64,000 nucleotides of DNA from Hormiphora californensis (taxonomy: Eukaryota; Animalia; Ctenophora). A program made the position numbers and the translations under genes. Shown one piece after another: positions 18,291 to 29,967 of this stretch; position 1 is the first letter of the stretch; each line of letters begins with the position of its first letter. The DNA is taken from positions 2,418,001 through 2,482,000 of the forward strand of contig CM035360.1 of NCBI GenBank assembly GCA_020137815.1. Direction: 5' to 3'. The notes beneath the pieces are model-generated. The model made no database searches. It was not told the DNA's origin and saw only the letters and a list, made by a program, of their open reading frames with translations.

Positions 18291-18722
18291 ATAGTATATG
18301 GATTGGAGATGGGCGTTACAGTGGATTCCTTGTGCCCTGTGTGTTAACCTCCCCTCCTCTCTGTGTTAACCCCCTCTCCTCTATGTAATGTGTAGTGTTA
18401 ACCTCCAATCCCTCTGTATAGTATATGGATTGGAGATGGGTGTTACAGTGGATACCATGTTCCCTGTGTGTTAACCTCCCCTCCTCTCTGTGTTAACCCC
18501 CTCTCCTCTATGTAATGTGTAGTGTTAACTCCCACTCCCCCTCTGTATAGTATATGGATTGGAGATGGGCGTTACAGTAGACCCCTTGTTCCCTGTGTGT
18601 TAACCTCCCCTCCTCTCTGTGTTAACCCCCTCTCCTCTATGTAGTGTGTATTGTTAACCTCCAATCCCCCTATATATAGTATATGGATTGGAGATGGGCG
18701 TTACAGTGGATACCTTGTGCCT
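18291..18722. repeat. ~128-bp tandem repeat, ~3.4 copies, with internal GTGTTAACC(C/T)CC subrepeats
   Basis: ATAGTATATGGATTGGAGATGGG recurs at 18291, 18418, 18547 and 18676. Confidence 0.9.
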
Positions 18723-19357
18723 GGGTCTGTCCCTCCCTACAGCCTCGATTCAAGGGGTACGGTTTAACTGCACCACTTTTGGAGGGGGAGGATGAGGGAG
18801 AGGGATCCCTGTCAGCACTAAGTAAGTAAAAACACTGTGAAGAGTGAACTTTTGTACGGTCAGATCCCCCTAGCAGCATGCCGCCCGGTAAATTCCGACT
18901 GTTTTTATTTTCACTTTTTATGATTTTTATCTACCTGTCAAGTACCATCCTCCTAAATACGATGCACAATTCTCTCCCCTCCACCCCTTTTTCATGCTTT
19001 AATACCAACCCACACATTTTTTATTGGCGTGCCTTTTCCCTGGGTTTATTTCCGACTGAATTCCCAAAATAACTCGCCCGGGCGGAGTGTGTGTGTAACT
19101 GCAATTCTGAAGCACCATGTAATTTGTATACTCTCCACACTGTCTTCTGGTGAAAGCACTCATATCATACACTGAGCGTTGTACAAAATAGTGCAAGCAT
19201 CCGTAATCCAAAGTAAAACAAAGACGATTGGAAATTTAGAAACTAAACTTACGACAGCTAATTAAATCGCATGCAAACTGAAATTGTTCTACTGTTTTTG
19301 AAAAACTCTTGCACATCGTACATGTCCATAAAATAACACTTCCATTATTTACCCTCA

Positions 19358-22018
19358 TTATGGTATTACTGGAGAGATAATCACAGGTCCAGTAGCCAAA
19401 ATAAACTGGTTCCCTGACACCACACTGACAGGACCCTCAGCAAGCATGGTCAGCACAACCTGGGTCCCTCCCATCAGGTTCATACTCATCTCCACCATGG
19501 GGGGCTCATCTACCATCTCCTCCAAATCCTCCGCCAAGTCCTCCAACTCATCCAAACCCTCTGCGAGATCCTCGAGGGACCCACCCAGTGTTATCTTACC
19601 GAACCCTCGTTTAACGGAATCAATAATTGAGTCAAAGAAGGACGGTGATTCCGGTGGTAGGTCCCCGATCCCCGAGTCTGCATCTTCTTCTTCTGGGTCC
19701 TCCACAGGTTCCGTAGCTGGGGTAGGTTCTTCTCCAGGTTCCGCACCAGGTTCAGGGGTGTTTGGTACTGGGTGAAAGCATGTCCCATAAAGGAAGCCTT
19801 TCTCTTCAGGTTCCGTTGGTTGAGACTCGGGAATTATGGGATCAATTAGCGGTTCTGGAACAGGTAGTTCAGGAACAGGAACTGGGTCAATTGGTTGCTC
19901 TGGAACAGAAATTGGTTCAATTGGTGGCTCTGGTTGGATGTCAGGTTCAGGTAGTGGGCTTGACGCTGCAATGGGGGTCGGTTCAACAAGTGTCACAGAT
20001 TTTGTAAGGGTCTCAGGAGTAGGTTCTTTTGGGGGCTCTGGGGTCGCCTCTTTTAGCGCCTCTGGAGTGGGCTCGGGTGTCGGCTCTTTTGGGGGTACAG
20101 GAAAAGGCATTTTTGGTGGCTCCGGAGTTGGCTCTTTTGGTGGCCCGGGTGTCGGCTCTATTGGTGGCTCAGGAGTCTGAGTTGACACTGCAATGGGGAC
20201 GGGTTCAAGAATTGCCACAGATCCTGCAGGAGCCAAGGGCTCCGGAGTCGCTTCTTTGAGGAACACTGGAGAGGGTTCTGGTGTCGGTGCTTTTGGGGGC
20301 TCTGGGGTCGCTTCTTTTGGGGGCTCTGGGGTCGCTTCTTTAGGGGGCTCTGGGGTCGGTGCTTTTGGTGGCTCTGGAGTCGGCTCTTTTATCGGTTCTG
20401 GGGTCGGCTCTTTTATCGGTTCTGGGGTCGGCTCTTTTGTCGGTTCTGGGGTCGGCTCTTTTATCGGTTCCGGAGTCGCATCTTTTGGGGACTCTGGGGT
20501 CGGCGTTGTTGGGCGATCAGGAGTTACTTCTTTTGTTGGTAAAGGAGGAGAAGGTATTACTATCAGCTCTGGCTCCACTTCAACTTCTGGTGCCATAAAC
20601 ACAGGCTCATCAGTCTCAGTTTCTGGTTCTGTCACTGGTTCCTCAGGCTCCACCTCAGGACTTGGTTCTCCCTTGAAACACGACCAAAAACCCCTCGGTT
20701 CTGTAGTAGGCTCCGGTTCAGTAGGCTCCGGTTCAGTAGGCTCCGGTTCAGCTGGAGGTTCTATTTTTGGTGTCTTTGCCTCTACCGGCCCTTGCACCTC
20801 TTCAAGCTGTGGAGAGGGCTCTCGAATAGGCTCCGGAGTTGCTTCTGGCACAGCAATTGTTGAAGGAACCGGGGAAGGCTCTGGAGTTAGCGATATTACT
20901 GGATCTACCACCGGTTCTTGATCTGGTTCTATAACAACAGGTGTTGGCACAGACTCAACAATCACAGTTTCTGGTTCTATGACGGGATCTGGATCTGGGA
21001 TGAGAGGCTCGGGTTCAGGACTTGGTTCAGCCCTGCTGAAACATGTTGACCAAAATCCTTTTGGTTCTGGTGCAGGTTCAGGTTCAGGTGGAGGTTCTAC
21101 TTCTGACTCTGGCTCTTCAGGTGCCGGCTCCGGCGGCTCTTGCTGGACTACCGGTTCTAGCTCAACTACCGTTTCTGGCTCAATTACCGGTTCTAGCTCA
21201 ACTACCGTTTCTGGCTCAATTACCGGTTCTAGCTCAACTACCGTTTCTGGCTCAACTACTGGTTCTGGTTCTCGTAGTTTATCTTCGGTTTCAGGCGATG
21301 GATCTATTGTGGGTATCTCAACAACAGGTTCCTCGACCACCGGAAGCTCCGGAGTTGGCTCGTCAACAAGTTGTTGCTCCTCCACCGCAGAATAGAACGT
21401 CACACTTTTATCGTCACCAGGGGATTTCTTCTTCTTTTTCTTTTTGCCAAACTTTTTCATGGCCTTCAAAAAACCGAAGCTTTTAGAGGCAGACTTACCT
21501 GCCTTTTCCGGTTCCAGAGATTCAGGCTGTGGGTCAGGCTGTGGGTCAGGCTGTGGTTCAGGTGTCATAGATCTCTCAGGTTCAGCCACAGGAGATTGTT
21601 CTTCAGCCATTATTTCCAATAGCTCAGTTTTGTTTTCTGCTGCGTCAGCGAGTAAAAATCCAAGTGTGTCCTCTGCGTCTTCTTCAGGTTCGCTCTCTGC
21701 AGCAGATATTTCTTTTTCCGGTTCTTGTTGCTCGGGATTTTTCTGGAATATTCTAAGAAAGTTTTCAAACAAATTAGATTCTTCGACTGGCTGCTTCTGT
21801 TTAGGAACTGGTTCCTCTTCTTCGACTGGTTGTTCCTGTTTAGGAACTGATTGCGCTTCAGATGCTGCTTCTTCAACGGGTGGTGTATCTTCTAGTGTGG
21901 CTAGTTCGTCTTCAATTTCTCTCCGTACCCAAGGTGTTATCATAGGCGTGGGAATTTCACTTTTCTCGATTTCTAAGATAAACAGCTGGCCGCCATCAGA
22001 AAATGTCTGGTAGGGCAT
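19358..22018 (-). CDS. Long Pro/Glu-rich disordered protein with KEPTPEP-type repeats (probably a terminal exon starting near 22006)
   Basis: 886-codon uninterrupted ORF with strong P/E bias and varied synonymous codons in the repeats; acceptor-like CCCTACCAG near 22007. Confidence 0.75.
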   Translation of the reverse strand: MPYQTFSDGGQLFILEIEKSEIPTPMITPWVRREIEDELATLEDTPPVEEAASEAQSVPKQEQPVEEEEPVPKQKQPVEESNLFENFLRIFQKNPEQQEPEKEISAAESEPEEDAEDTLGFLLADAAENKTELLEIMAEEQSPVAEPERSMTPEPQPDPQPDPQPESLEPEKAGKSASKSFGFLKAMKKFGKKKKKKKSPGDDKSVTFYSAVEEQQLVDEPTPELPVVEEPVVEIPTIDPSPETEDKLREPEPVVEPETVVELEPVIEPETVVELEPVIEPETVVELEPVVQQEPPEPAPEEPESEVEPPPEPEPAPEPKGFWSTCFSRAEPSPEPEPLIPDPDPVIEPETVIVESVPTPVVIEPDQEPVVDPVISLTPEPSPVPSTIAVPEATPEPIREPSPQLEEVQGPVEAKTPKIEPPAEPEPTEPEPTEPEPTTEPRGFWSCFKGEPSPEVEPEEPVTEPETETDEPVFMAPEVEVEPELIVIPSPPLPTKEVTPDRPTTPTPESPKDATPEPIKEPTPEPTKEPTPEPIKEPTPEPIKEPTPEPPKAPTPEPPKEATPEPPKEATPEPPKAPTPEPSPVFLKEATPEPLAPAGSVAILEPVPIAVSTQTPEPPIEPTPGPPKEPTPEPPKMPFPVPPKEPTPEPTPEALKEATPEPPKEPTPETLTKSVTLVEPTPIAASSPLPEPDIQPEPPIEPISVPEQPIDPVPVPELPVPEPLIDPIIPESQPTEPEEKGFLYGTCFHPVPNTPEPGAEPGEEPTPATEPVEDPEEEDADSGIGDLPPESPSFFDSIIDSVKRGFGKITLGGSLEDLAEGLDELEDLAEDLEEMVDEPPMVEMSMNLMGGTQVVLTMLAEGPVSVVSGNQFILATGPVIISPVIP

Positions 22019-22553
22019 GGATTACTAATGTACCAACGACTACAAGTAAAATGTGTTGTTGAATTGATGTTGGTGAGCCCCGCAACATTGGGGAGAGTTA
22101 TTGTGCATTCCCTTCGGGGAGGAGTGTTGAGAGGAATATTAAGAGAGAAATTAGAGAAAAAAGGAGAGATAAATAAGATAGAGAATGTATTATATGATCT
22201 AACATAGCATGGTCGTATACTCAAGATTTATGCTGTCACGGTATGCTTCAAAGTAAAAGGATAAGGTCAGCGCTCACTCTTCCAAACCAGCCGATTAACA
22301 AAATGCATGACAAGATGAATATATTAGCGGAATAAAATGTATCAATTTATGACATTCAAAAGCAAGATGTTTACAACTTTGTTCCGAATGAAAATAAAGA
22401 CAGAGAACCCGGTGAATCGGATATAAAGCAAATAACAGGGTTATTGTTTAGCCAGGTCTCTGACTTCCTCAACATCGCCTGAGCTGAGACTGTGTCGAAG
22501 AGACTACGCTAAAGTATGAACAACTCAACTCAAAATTAGCTAAGTTTCACAGT

Positions 22554-25500
22554 TCAGTTTTCAGTTTCTATCACATGGGGAGCCTCGTCACCATCCTTCT
22601 GGACACTTCCCCTTGATCTCCCAACAACGGAGGTCACACTTCTCAGCGTCAATTGAGTCCCAGATCTAACCATCTGTAATGGCTTGCTGATCAAGCACTT
22701 CAAGATGAGTGGTTCGTAGAGAATCGGATTGATAACAGAGTTGATGGGTAGGATGATGATTGAGAAGTAGGGGTACCATGGTGAGGCATCAATCACCTCA
22801 CCCAAATGTAACATCGCTACAACACAGAGAGGCAGCCAGCAGCACATATCTGTAACAATGATTGCCGTGATTTTAGCTTGCAGTTTCACGTTGGTCCGGG
22901 ATACAGCCTGAACGTTCCTGGAAGATCGAGCAGTTCGAGCTGCAATGATGAGATAACAAGCTGATATGATAACAAAACATGCCAAGTTGATGGCTATGAT
23001 GGAGGTTGAGTAGATCCATTGGGGGTCGTCCCTGGTTACCAGGTATTTGAAGATGCAGACCCCGTCGTTACCATAGAAACCAATAGTTTCCTGTGATACA
23101 CCTGGAAAGAAAATAACTTCAGAGGTTGAATGTGGCACTATGTATTGATTTTAGAGAAAAAACAGCGCTAAAGACCTGTCTTATCTGGCATGTGCCTCGA
23201 CCCTTTCTTTCTGTCTGACGCACGCAGGAACGGGTCTGGAGCATGCCGGATAGCTAAACACTTACCTCCTTCATCTTTGGTAAACATGTCCATTGCCAGG
23301 GACCGGATATTCTTCCAAGAGAAGCTGACCTGTGCACTGAGCAGGGACCTCCCATGAAAATACTTCCTGAATGCCGCGAAATGGGCAGTTTTATCTATAG
23401 GCCCCACAAACAGAGGCGATTGGTGGTAGTAAAGTCCGTTCACAAAGTAATCTTCGAAGAGCTCGAAAAGGGGAATGCTAGCAACGATAAAACCGGAAAC
23501 CACCGGTAGTAAGAGTATAACGGCTATCTTAGTTCCAGACTTCGTTGAACACCTTTCACTCTGGATAAGGTTTCGAAGGTTTGTAACTCGGATGATACTA
23601 AGCGTTGTCATTGCAAAAAGGGACAATTGAGTTCCACCAGTGCTTAGAACACCGAGAAGAGAACAGGTATCTGAACTCAACCAGCTGTACTTCTCCCGGC
23701 AATAGTTCCCGTTTTGGTAGAATATGAAATCCTTCACGGAGATGCAGATAAGGTACATGCCAATCATCAGGTCTCCCAGGCTAACCAACAGAATTCCAGC
23801 CTTATTCGCAAATGCTTCGAATGTCCGGTGTTTTGGCAATGTCCACAAGCTATGACCCACTGTAAACAGATTCAGTCCTGTTGCTAGGAATCCGATAGTG
23901 AAACTGGTGAACCTTAGGTAGTTGTTAGCAAAGATGTTCTTGTTGAAGGAAGAACACTGCTCCTGACACTCATCCGAGAAATCCTCACACTCCACATCTC
24001 CATTGCACACTGAGCTGAGGGGGAGGAAGGTTGCTGTACTAGAGGTGCACCTGAAGGAGTTATTGCACGACTTCTCATCGGTGCCATCCCCGCAGTCATC
24101 CCGCAGATTACAAACCTCACTGTAAAGAACGCAGTTACCATTATCACAGGGAAACAACCTGTTTTCATAGGATCCTGGCTGATTGGAAGTCTTTAGAACT
24201 GTCATCAGGGCAGCTGGGGTCGTGGCCGCTAGAGTGTAAACCTTTTGGTCGGGGTAATTGTGGCAGGACTGTGGGGGCACTGGTAAAAGGGGGCACATGG
24301 CATTGTTGCATTCCCCGTTACATGTTAGGTAAACGTAGTTCTCCCCGTAGAAATATGAGCAGTCTGAAACACTGCTCACCGGGATATTTACCACGGAACT
24401 CGTGAGGTTCAAATCGAATACCGATGGAGTAACTCCTGTGGTGTGCTCGATTTTCCGACAAGTTCCAAGCTGGTGTTCCATGTCGATTATTGGTCGATGG
24501 AAACAGTGGGATACCCAAAACTCGTCCTCTTGATTCCTTACCACATCTACAATGTCGTTGACTCCTTTCACAGCATCGCACAGCTCGTTCTCAAAATAAC
24601 AAGTATTTGTTCTATCGCACAGCTCTTCCATTCGAATGAAGCTGTCTTCAATTCCTGGGGTAGTCTCAAGGCATATCATGACTTCCCTACAGACACTTAA
24701 TCCCGGTTCAACATATCTTGTAAATGTTCCATTCCCACATTTCAGCCACTTCCCTTCCTCCTCATCCTCCCCGTTAAGACAGTCCACAACCCCATCCATA
24801 ATCCAATTGAGAGGGAGCGGGAGTGGTCGCCTCATTGTGTAGTTCGAGCTGTACCGTCGCTCACAGGTAAACAGTGAAGTAACCTCCCAGGACTCATCTA
24901 CAGCTGACTCACAATCTTCAATTCCATCGTTGATAATCCCCCGGTGGACGTTGGTACAAAGTTCCGAACTCAACTTCATACACTCCGTCTCAAAACCATC
25001 ATCACAGAGATAGCTCTCATATTGGCAGACTCCCCAAAGAGAGATATTGGTTGGGTATCCATTGAGTGTGCAGCCAACTATAACCACTCGTTCAGGGTCA
25101 CTGCAATTCGTCTGATCCCGATATGCCGAGATGTAATAGTTGCAAATTCTTTCATCTGAAAAACACACATTGTTAGTAATTACAGCTTGTTGATTATTAT
25201 TAGGCATATCCTTTATATTGTTTAGTCTATCGATTTGGTATTTATGGTTGACTAAAATTTAGTTCAGGAGCTTCGGTTCCGCACACAATCTTTCTTGTCG
25301 TTCTCGTATCTAAAACCGCACTACAACAATGACTTGATAAACACTTACAGTCGGAGTGTAAACCGTAACATCGCTGACTCTGTTGGATTGTTGTTATGTA
25401 ATTTCCACCTCTGAAAATAATGGTCATTATAGTTATTCAAAGCCTTACATTAGTAATCGACAATTAGCGTGCTAATGATTAGAGGCAAACTAGTAAGGCG

Positions 25501-27010
25501 GTATTATACTGCAAATAATGATACTTACACACGACGAATACACTGGTCATTTCTCAATTCTTGTTCAATTTGATCCAAATCTGTCACCGTATTGTTGACC
25601 AGTTGAGTATCACATCCAACATGGTTTTCACCTTCATCACAAAATTGAAGGTAGACTACACAAATCTTGTAAGGAGGGTTGTGAAAGTCAGATATGTTTG
25701 TTTATTCAAACTTGATCTACTTACCGTACAATTACTTACCTTGCTCAGCTCTCTTTTGAGTTTGAAAAAAAAACAAGGAAAAACATTTCCTTTGAACACA
25801 AGTACAGTAGGGTGCATGGAGGTTCGGCTGCAGCAGTACAAGATAACTAAGTTTTTAATATTGAATTACTTGATAGGGAGAAACAAAGCGATATCCGTCA
25901 ATACCACTATCATAGCAATTCAATCCGTATTGAACACCATTACAGTCTGATTCATCTTCACACATCGATACGTGACACACTCCATCACACTCCACTGTTT
26001 CGTGTTCCTCTATCAAGAGTTGACACGGTGTTCTATATTCAAACTCTGCAAAAGAGCGTTTGTAAATCCACAATATTAGAACCACGTGTGACGTGTAGGG
26101 GCCCAGCAAATCGAATGGCACAAATTGGCGAAGTTTACTGTAAATCGAGAGAGTACACTGTACAAAAAAGCATTTACCAGGTAATCCAAGATTGGCAGCG
26201 GTATCACCAGTATAACATGCATCGATATCACATACACCTCCGTTAAACTTCAAACTGTATGTGCCCCTCTCGATACCACTGGCATGTCCACAAAGCTGGT
26301 AGAACCCTGTATCGTGCTTGCAAAGTGTGCTGAAGAATTGATAACAGTACCCTCCTGAAGATTTTGGGATGGTAACAAATGAAAACAAAGTCCTGGATCG
26401 ATTGAGCTCTCTCGTGTGATTCGACTACTCACATTGATTTTGGGATGGTACGAAGATAAATTAGGAGGGTATTGTAATCGACGTTTCGGTTTACAGTTTA
26501 CACCATTTTCAAGAAACACACATATACCCTACATACAGGAACCGACCGAATCAGGAAATACTGGTCCCTGATTGGCTGATAACCAGTCACGTGACCTAAA
26601 TAACGAGTTCTGATTGGTTGTTTACTTGTTTCGGTCGATTCCTGCCTACAAGAGATCTGGTACCCACCTGAATTGCAGTACTTCTCATCTATTGCAAACG
26701 TTTCCTCTGTATAAGGACACTTATAGAGCGGGTACCAAGTTGAGTAACCAAAATACATTCCTCCCGCCCACACTTCCTCTTCTCCACATTTCACGTGGAT
26801 ATACCCGTTAATCTCCACAACCTCACACCCCTCCAGAGGTGGAGGAGGGGGTGTTGAGGGGGCCTCTGTGTAGACTCGTGTTGAGTTATCCGTTGTTGTA
26901 GATGAGGAGCCTGACCAATATCCTGAGGCAGGTACTGATCCTGTTCCCTTCCAGAGTGGTTCAATGTCCTCTGCTGGCTTCACACCAAGGATCAGGAGAA
27001 ATATAATCAT
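22554..27010 (-). CDS. LDL-receptor class A repeat-containing rhodopsin-family GPCR (GRL101-like, no LRRs seen); multi-exon
   Basis: Signal-peptide-like N-terminus and Cys-rich ectodomain with LDLa repeats (FPCDNGNCVLYSEVCNLRDDCGDGTDEKSC). 7TM region with LSLGDLMIG, WLSSDTCSLLG, FYGNDGVCIFKY, TDMCCWLP and PINSVINPILY. Clear introns at 23102-23265 and 25156-25348; probable intron at 26355-26667; other boundaries not fully resolved. Confidence 0.88.
26536..26644. mobile_element. 109-bp hAT-like MITE (copy 2), in a probable intron of the GPCR gene
   Basis: Near-identical to 9919-10027; flanks CCTACATA / CCTACAAG match at 6 of 8 positions (degraded TSD). Confidence 0.88.
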
Positions 27011-28155
27011 CCTGAACTATCTGTTGTTATAACCCTCCTTTACATCCTGTGCGGAGAGAGGATTGAACAAGGCAAGACGATCTGTTGAGCAACAGCTAGA
27101 ATGTCTAGGGAAAAGTGGTCTTACGGCATTACGAATACATTTTGCTCCTTATGAATGTGAATAAGGGGCATGATTGTACTAAATTAAACATCTTGGTTTT
27201 ACAAAGGGGCATGATTTGGCAAAATAGGAATGGACGACAAAGGGCAGGGGTGTAAAAATGTTAGGGTTTCGAGTAAGGCTCATTTTTACACGTGGGTTCC
27301 TCTTTAAATGTTTAACACGTGGACCACATTTTAGAGGGTATTATAACCAGGATAGATAGGCACCAAGAAGGGATCTGGAAGGACTCTCTTGTGTAGACTT
27401 GTGGAGACCCTCAACAATGTATCATCTATGTTGTTATCCTGCCGGATCAGATGAGACTATAGAGTCACGTTCACACAGGAACTAGAGTTCACAGGTTAGG
27501 ATATAATCAGTCTTCCAGAACATGTGCATGCGACGATACAAAGCAAACAAAATACCGAACCAAACAAAGCAAGCTGGAGAATTCTAAAAGATTCTGAATG
27601 AAATAACAGCATGCTATTAATATATGCTGCAGCATATATCAAGAGAAACACATTTGCTCTCTGATTTTCTATCGCTCTCTCCCCCGCAGACCTCACTCGT
27701 GGTCACATTACTATCGCTAGGAGCTGCTCTCACACCCAACAACATCTACAGCTACTATTATTGATTATGTATAAAACCTATCCTACCATTCCATTGGATC
27801 ACACAGCATGCTATGAAATATTAACGGGGTCAACTGTTCCGACACGATAAAAGTATCATAACTGTTCCGACGCGACATCTTGGAGGGGACACGTGTCGAC
27901 ACATTGGGCATACTGTATTTACTATTCATGAGGGGCAGCAATAAGCACGTATCATATCATTATTATAAGTGGTTCAATATTTATAGCGACCTGGATTAAT
28001 ATACCTGCCAGTAGAGAGACAGTTAAGCATGATAGATTAGACAGGCCAGCACAGATTAGATAGTATCTAATTTGTACTGACATGTGAAGGCAATTACAGA
28101 TGCTAATATAGGGCATAATGCAAGAGGAACTTGTAACTCTCATGGGAGGGGGGGG

Positions 28156-28588
28156 GAGCAAGTCTAAACTGTGCGATACTGAGAGAGGTGGGATACTGGG
28201 GAACAAGTCTAGATGTACGATACTGAGAGATAATGGTTGGGGGGAGCAAGTCTATAGAGATACTGAGAGATACTGGGATAATGGGGGGGGGGGGGCAAGT
28301 CTAGTTGTGCGGTACTGAGAGATACTGGGATAATGGGGGGGGCAAGTCTAGATGCGCGATACTGAGAGATACTGGGATAATGGTTGGTGAGCAGGTCTAG
28401 AACTGTGCGATACTGAGAGATACTGAGAGATACTGCGATAATGGGGGGAGCAAGTCTAGAACTGTGCGATACTGAGAGATACTGAGGTAATGGTTGGGGA
28501 GCAGGTCTAGAACTGTGCGATACTGAGAAAGGTGGGATACTGGGGGGAGCAGGTATAGAACTGTGCGTTACTGAGAGATACTGAGATA
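28156..28588. repeat. Degenerate ~45-60-bp tandem repeat
   Basis: About 8 copies of GAGCAAGTCTAGAACTGTGCGATACTGAGAGATACTGGGATAATGG. Confidence 0.88.
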
Positions 28589-28820
28589 ATACCATTATCA
28601 TATTGGATCAGTAGTTTGTTGAATTATCAACCCACATTGAAATACTCCCATTAATTATCTTAATTAGACTCTATTGTCTATCCTCCCCAGTCCCCAGTCG
28701 GCATTCATAAATAATAGATCTCGTTTTGGAGTTTTTAAAACTTTTAAAAAGGATAAAAACAACTATTATAGCTTAGGAAGATAGACTGAGAGACCATACT
28801 AACATTTCTAACAGATAAAA

Positions 28821-28893
28821 AGTTGGACCCCGATTTACCGGGATGCTCGGGGGAAAGTACAGTTGGACCCCGATTTACTGGGATGCTCGGGGG
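28821..28893. repeat. Two tandem fragments of the CAGTCGGACCCCGATTTA MITE family
   Basis: AGTTGGACCCCGATTTAC(C/T)GGGATGCTCGGGGGAA twice; same terminus as the elements at 35741 and 36399. Confidence 0.7.
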
Positions 28894-29087
28894 AATGGGT
28901 TTTGCTTGTTTGCTTGTTATGTGTAACCCTAAGTTGAGTCGATATAAAGAACCGATTTCTTTCTCGATTTACGAAGCAGGAAACTGCACAATTCGAACCA
29001 GTGGCACGACCTTCCGATGTAAACATAGAAAAACACCACTACACATTGTGTGCAATATAAACAGCACTCAATTGCTGTTTTGTCGTC

Positions 29088-29159
29088 TCCTCAATAGTAT
29101 AGTGGTGAGTATTCCCGCCTGTCACGCGGGCGACCAGGGTTCGATTCCCTGTTGGGGAG
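29088..29159 (+). tRNA. tRNA-Asp (GTC)
   Basis: Cloverleaf: acceptor stem TCCTCAA/TTGGGGA plus discriminator G; D-arm TAGTATAGTGGTGAGTAT; anticodon arm CCCGC-CTGTCAC-GCGGG; T-loop GGTTCGATTCC; T-run Pol III terminator right after. Confidence 0.96.
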
Positions 29160-29350
29160 CTTTTTGTGTCTTGTTATTTTCTAATGTTTTTGGTTTTCTT
29201 TTTTGGGCGACTATCAGATCAGTAGTAATTGCATTGCTTACACAATTATTACACTCCTACACACACACTTTGCTGCCGGACTCACGAGATATATGTGAAC
29301 AGGCATTCGGTATGAGTCATAATGCTGTTTAATTTACCGCTCTCTCTCTC

Positions 29351-29406
<56 letters not shown>

Positions 29407-29967
29407 TCTCTCTCCAATTGGCTAGCACATGTGTGTGGATATAATGTCCCGGTAATTAAGGGTGCGGTTCCACACAGATCATAATGCACTGTCAGAGCAC
29501 TGTCCGGCAGAAGGTATTGGGTTGTTTTGTTCAAACCCGGGGGGGAGGTCAAAAAGGCAGTATTGGGGTTTGGTACATTTTTGGTTGGGACATTTTTGGT
29601 TTTGGGTGGTTATTCTTGACTCCGCATGTCCAAGACCTTGATAAAGGAAAGGGTTAGAACATAACAAAGTTTCTTGGAGAAGTAAAACTTTCGGTTCAGC
29701 CCCAAGTCCCAGCAGTATATTTCTGCTGACGTGTTTGAGAGGAGATAAGAAGGAGCTGAGGGATGGAGAAAAAATGGAGAGAGAAAACACATACATTCTA
29801 CAAATCCTGAATTGAAGCTAGCTGCTAATTAGATGGCCTTTTTTGCAGCACAGAAGCGTCAAAAATGGATTGAGTGAAAATGTTACATTTTATCTCACAT
29901 TAAAATTTTGCCTGGTCATGAGTTATATTTGGAAGAGATACGTTTTAAAAAGCATTGGAGCATTTAG

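Noticed and set aside
18291-18722. CRISPR-like appearance of this array and of 28156-28588
   Set aside because: Intervening segments are copies of each other rather than unique spacers; eukaryotic context and no cas genes.
19446-22013. Plus-strand Gly/Ser-rich ORFs
   Set aside because: Antisense shadows of the Pro/Glu-rich minus-strand ORF.
26498-26667. Read-through peptide QESTETSKQPIRTRYLGHVTGYQPIRDQYFLIRSVP as part of the GPCR
   Set aside because: It is the translated MITE, and the frame stops shortly after; splicing at 26667/26355 gives a continuous Cys-rich protein.
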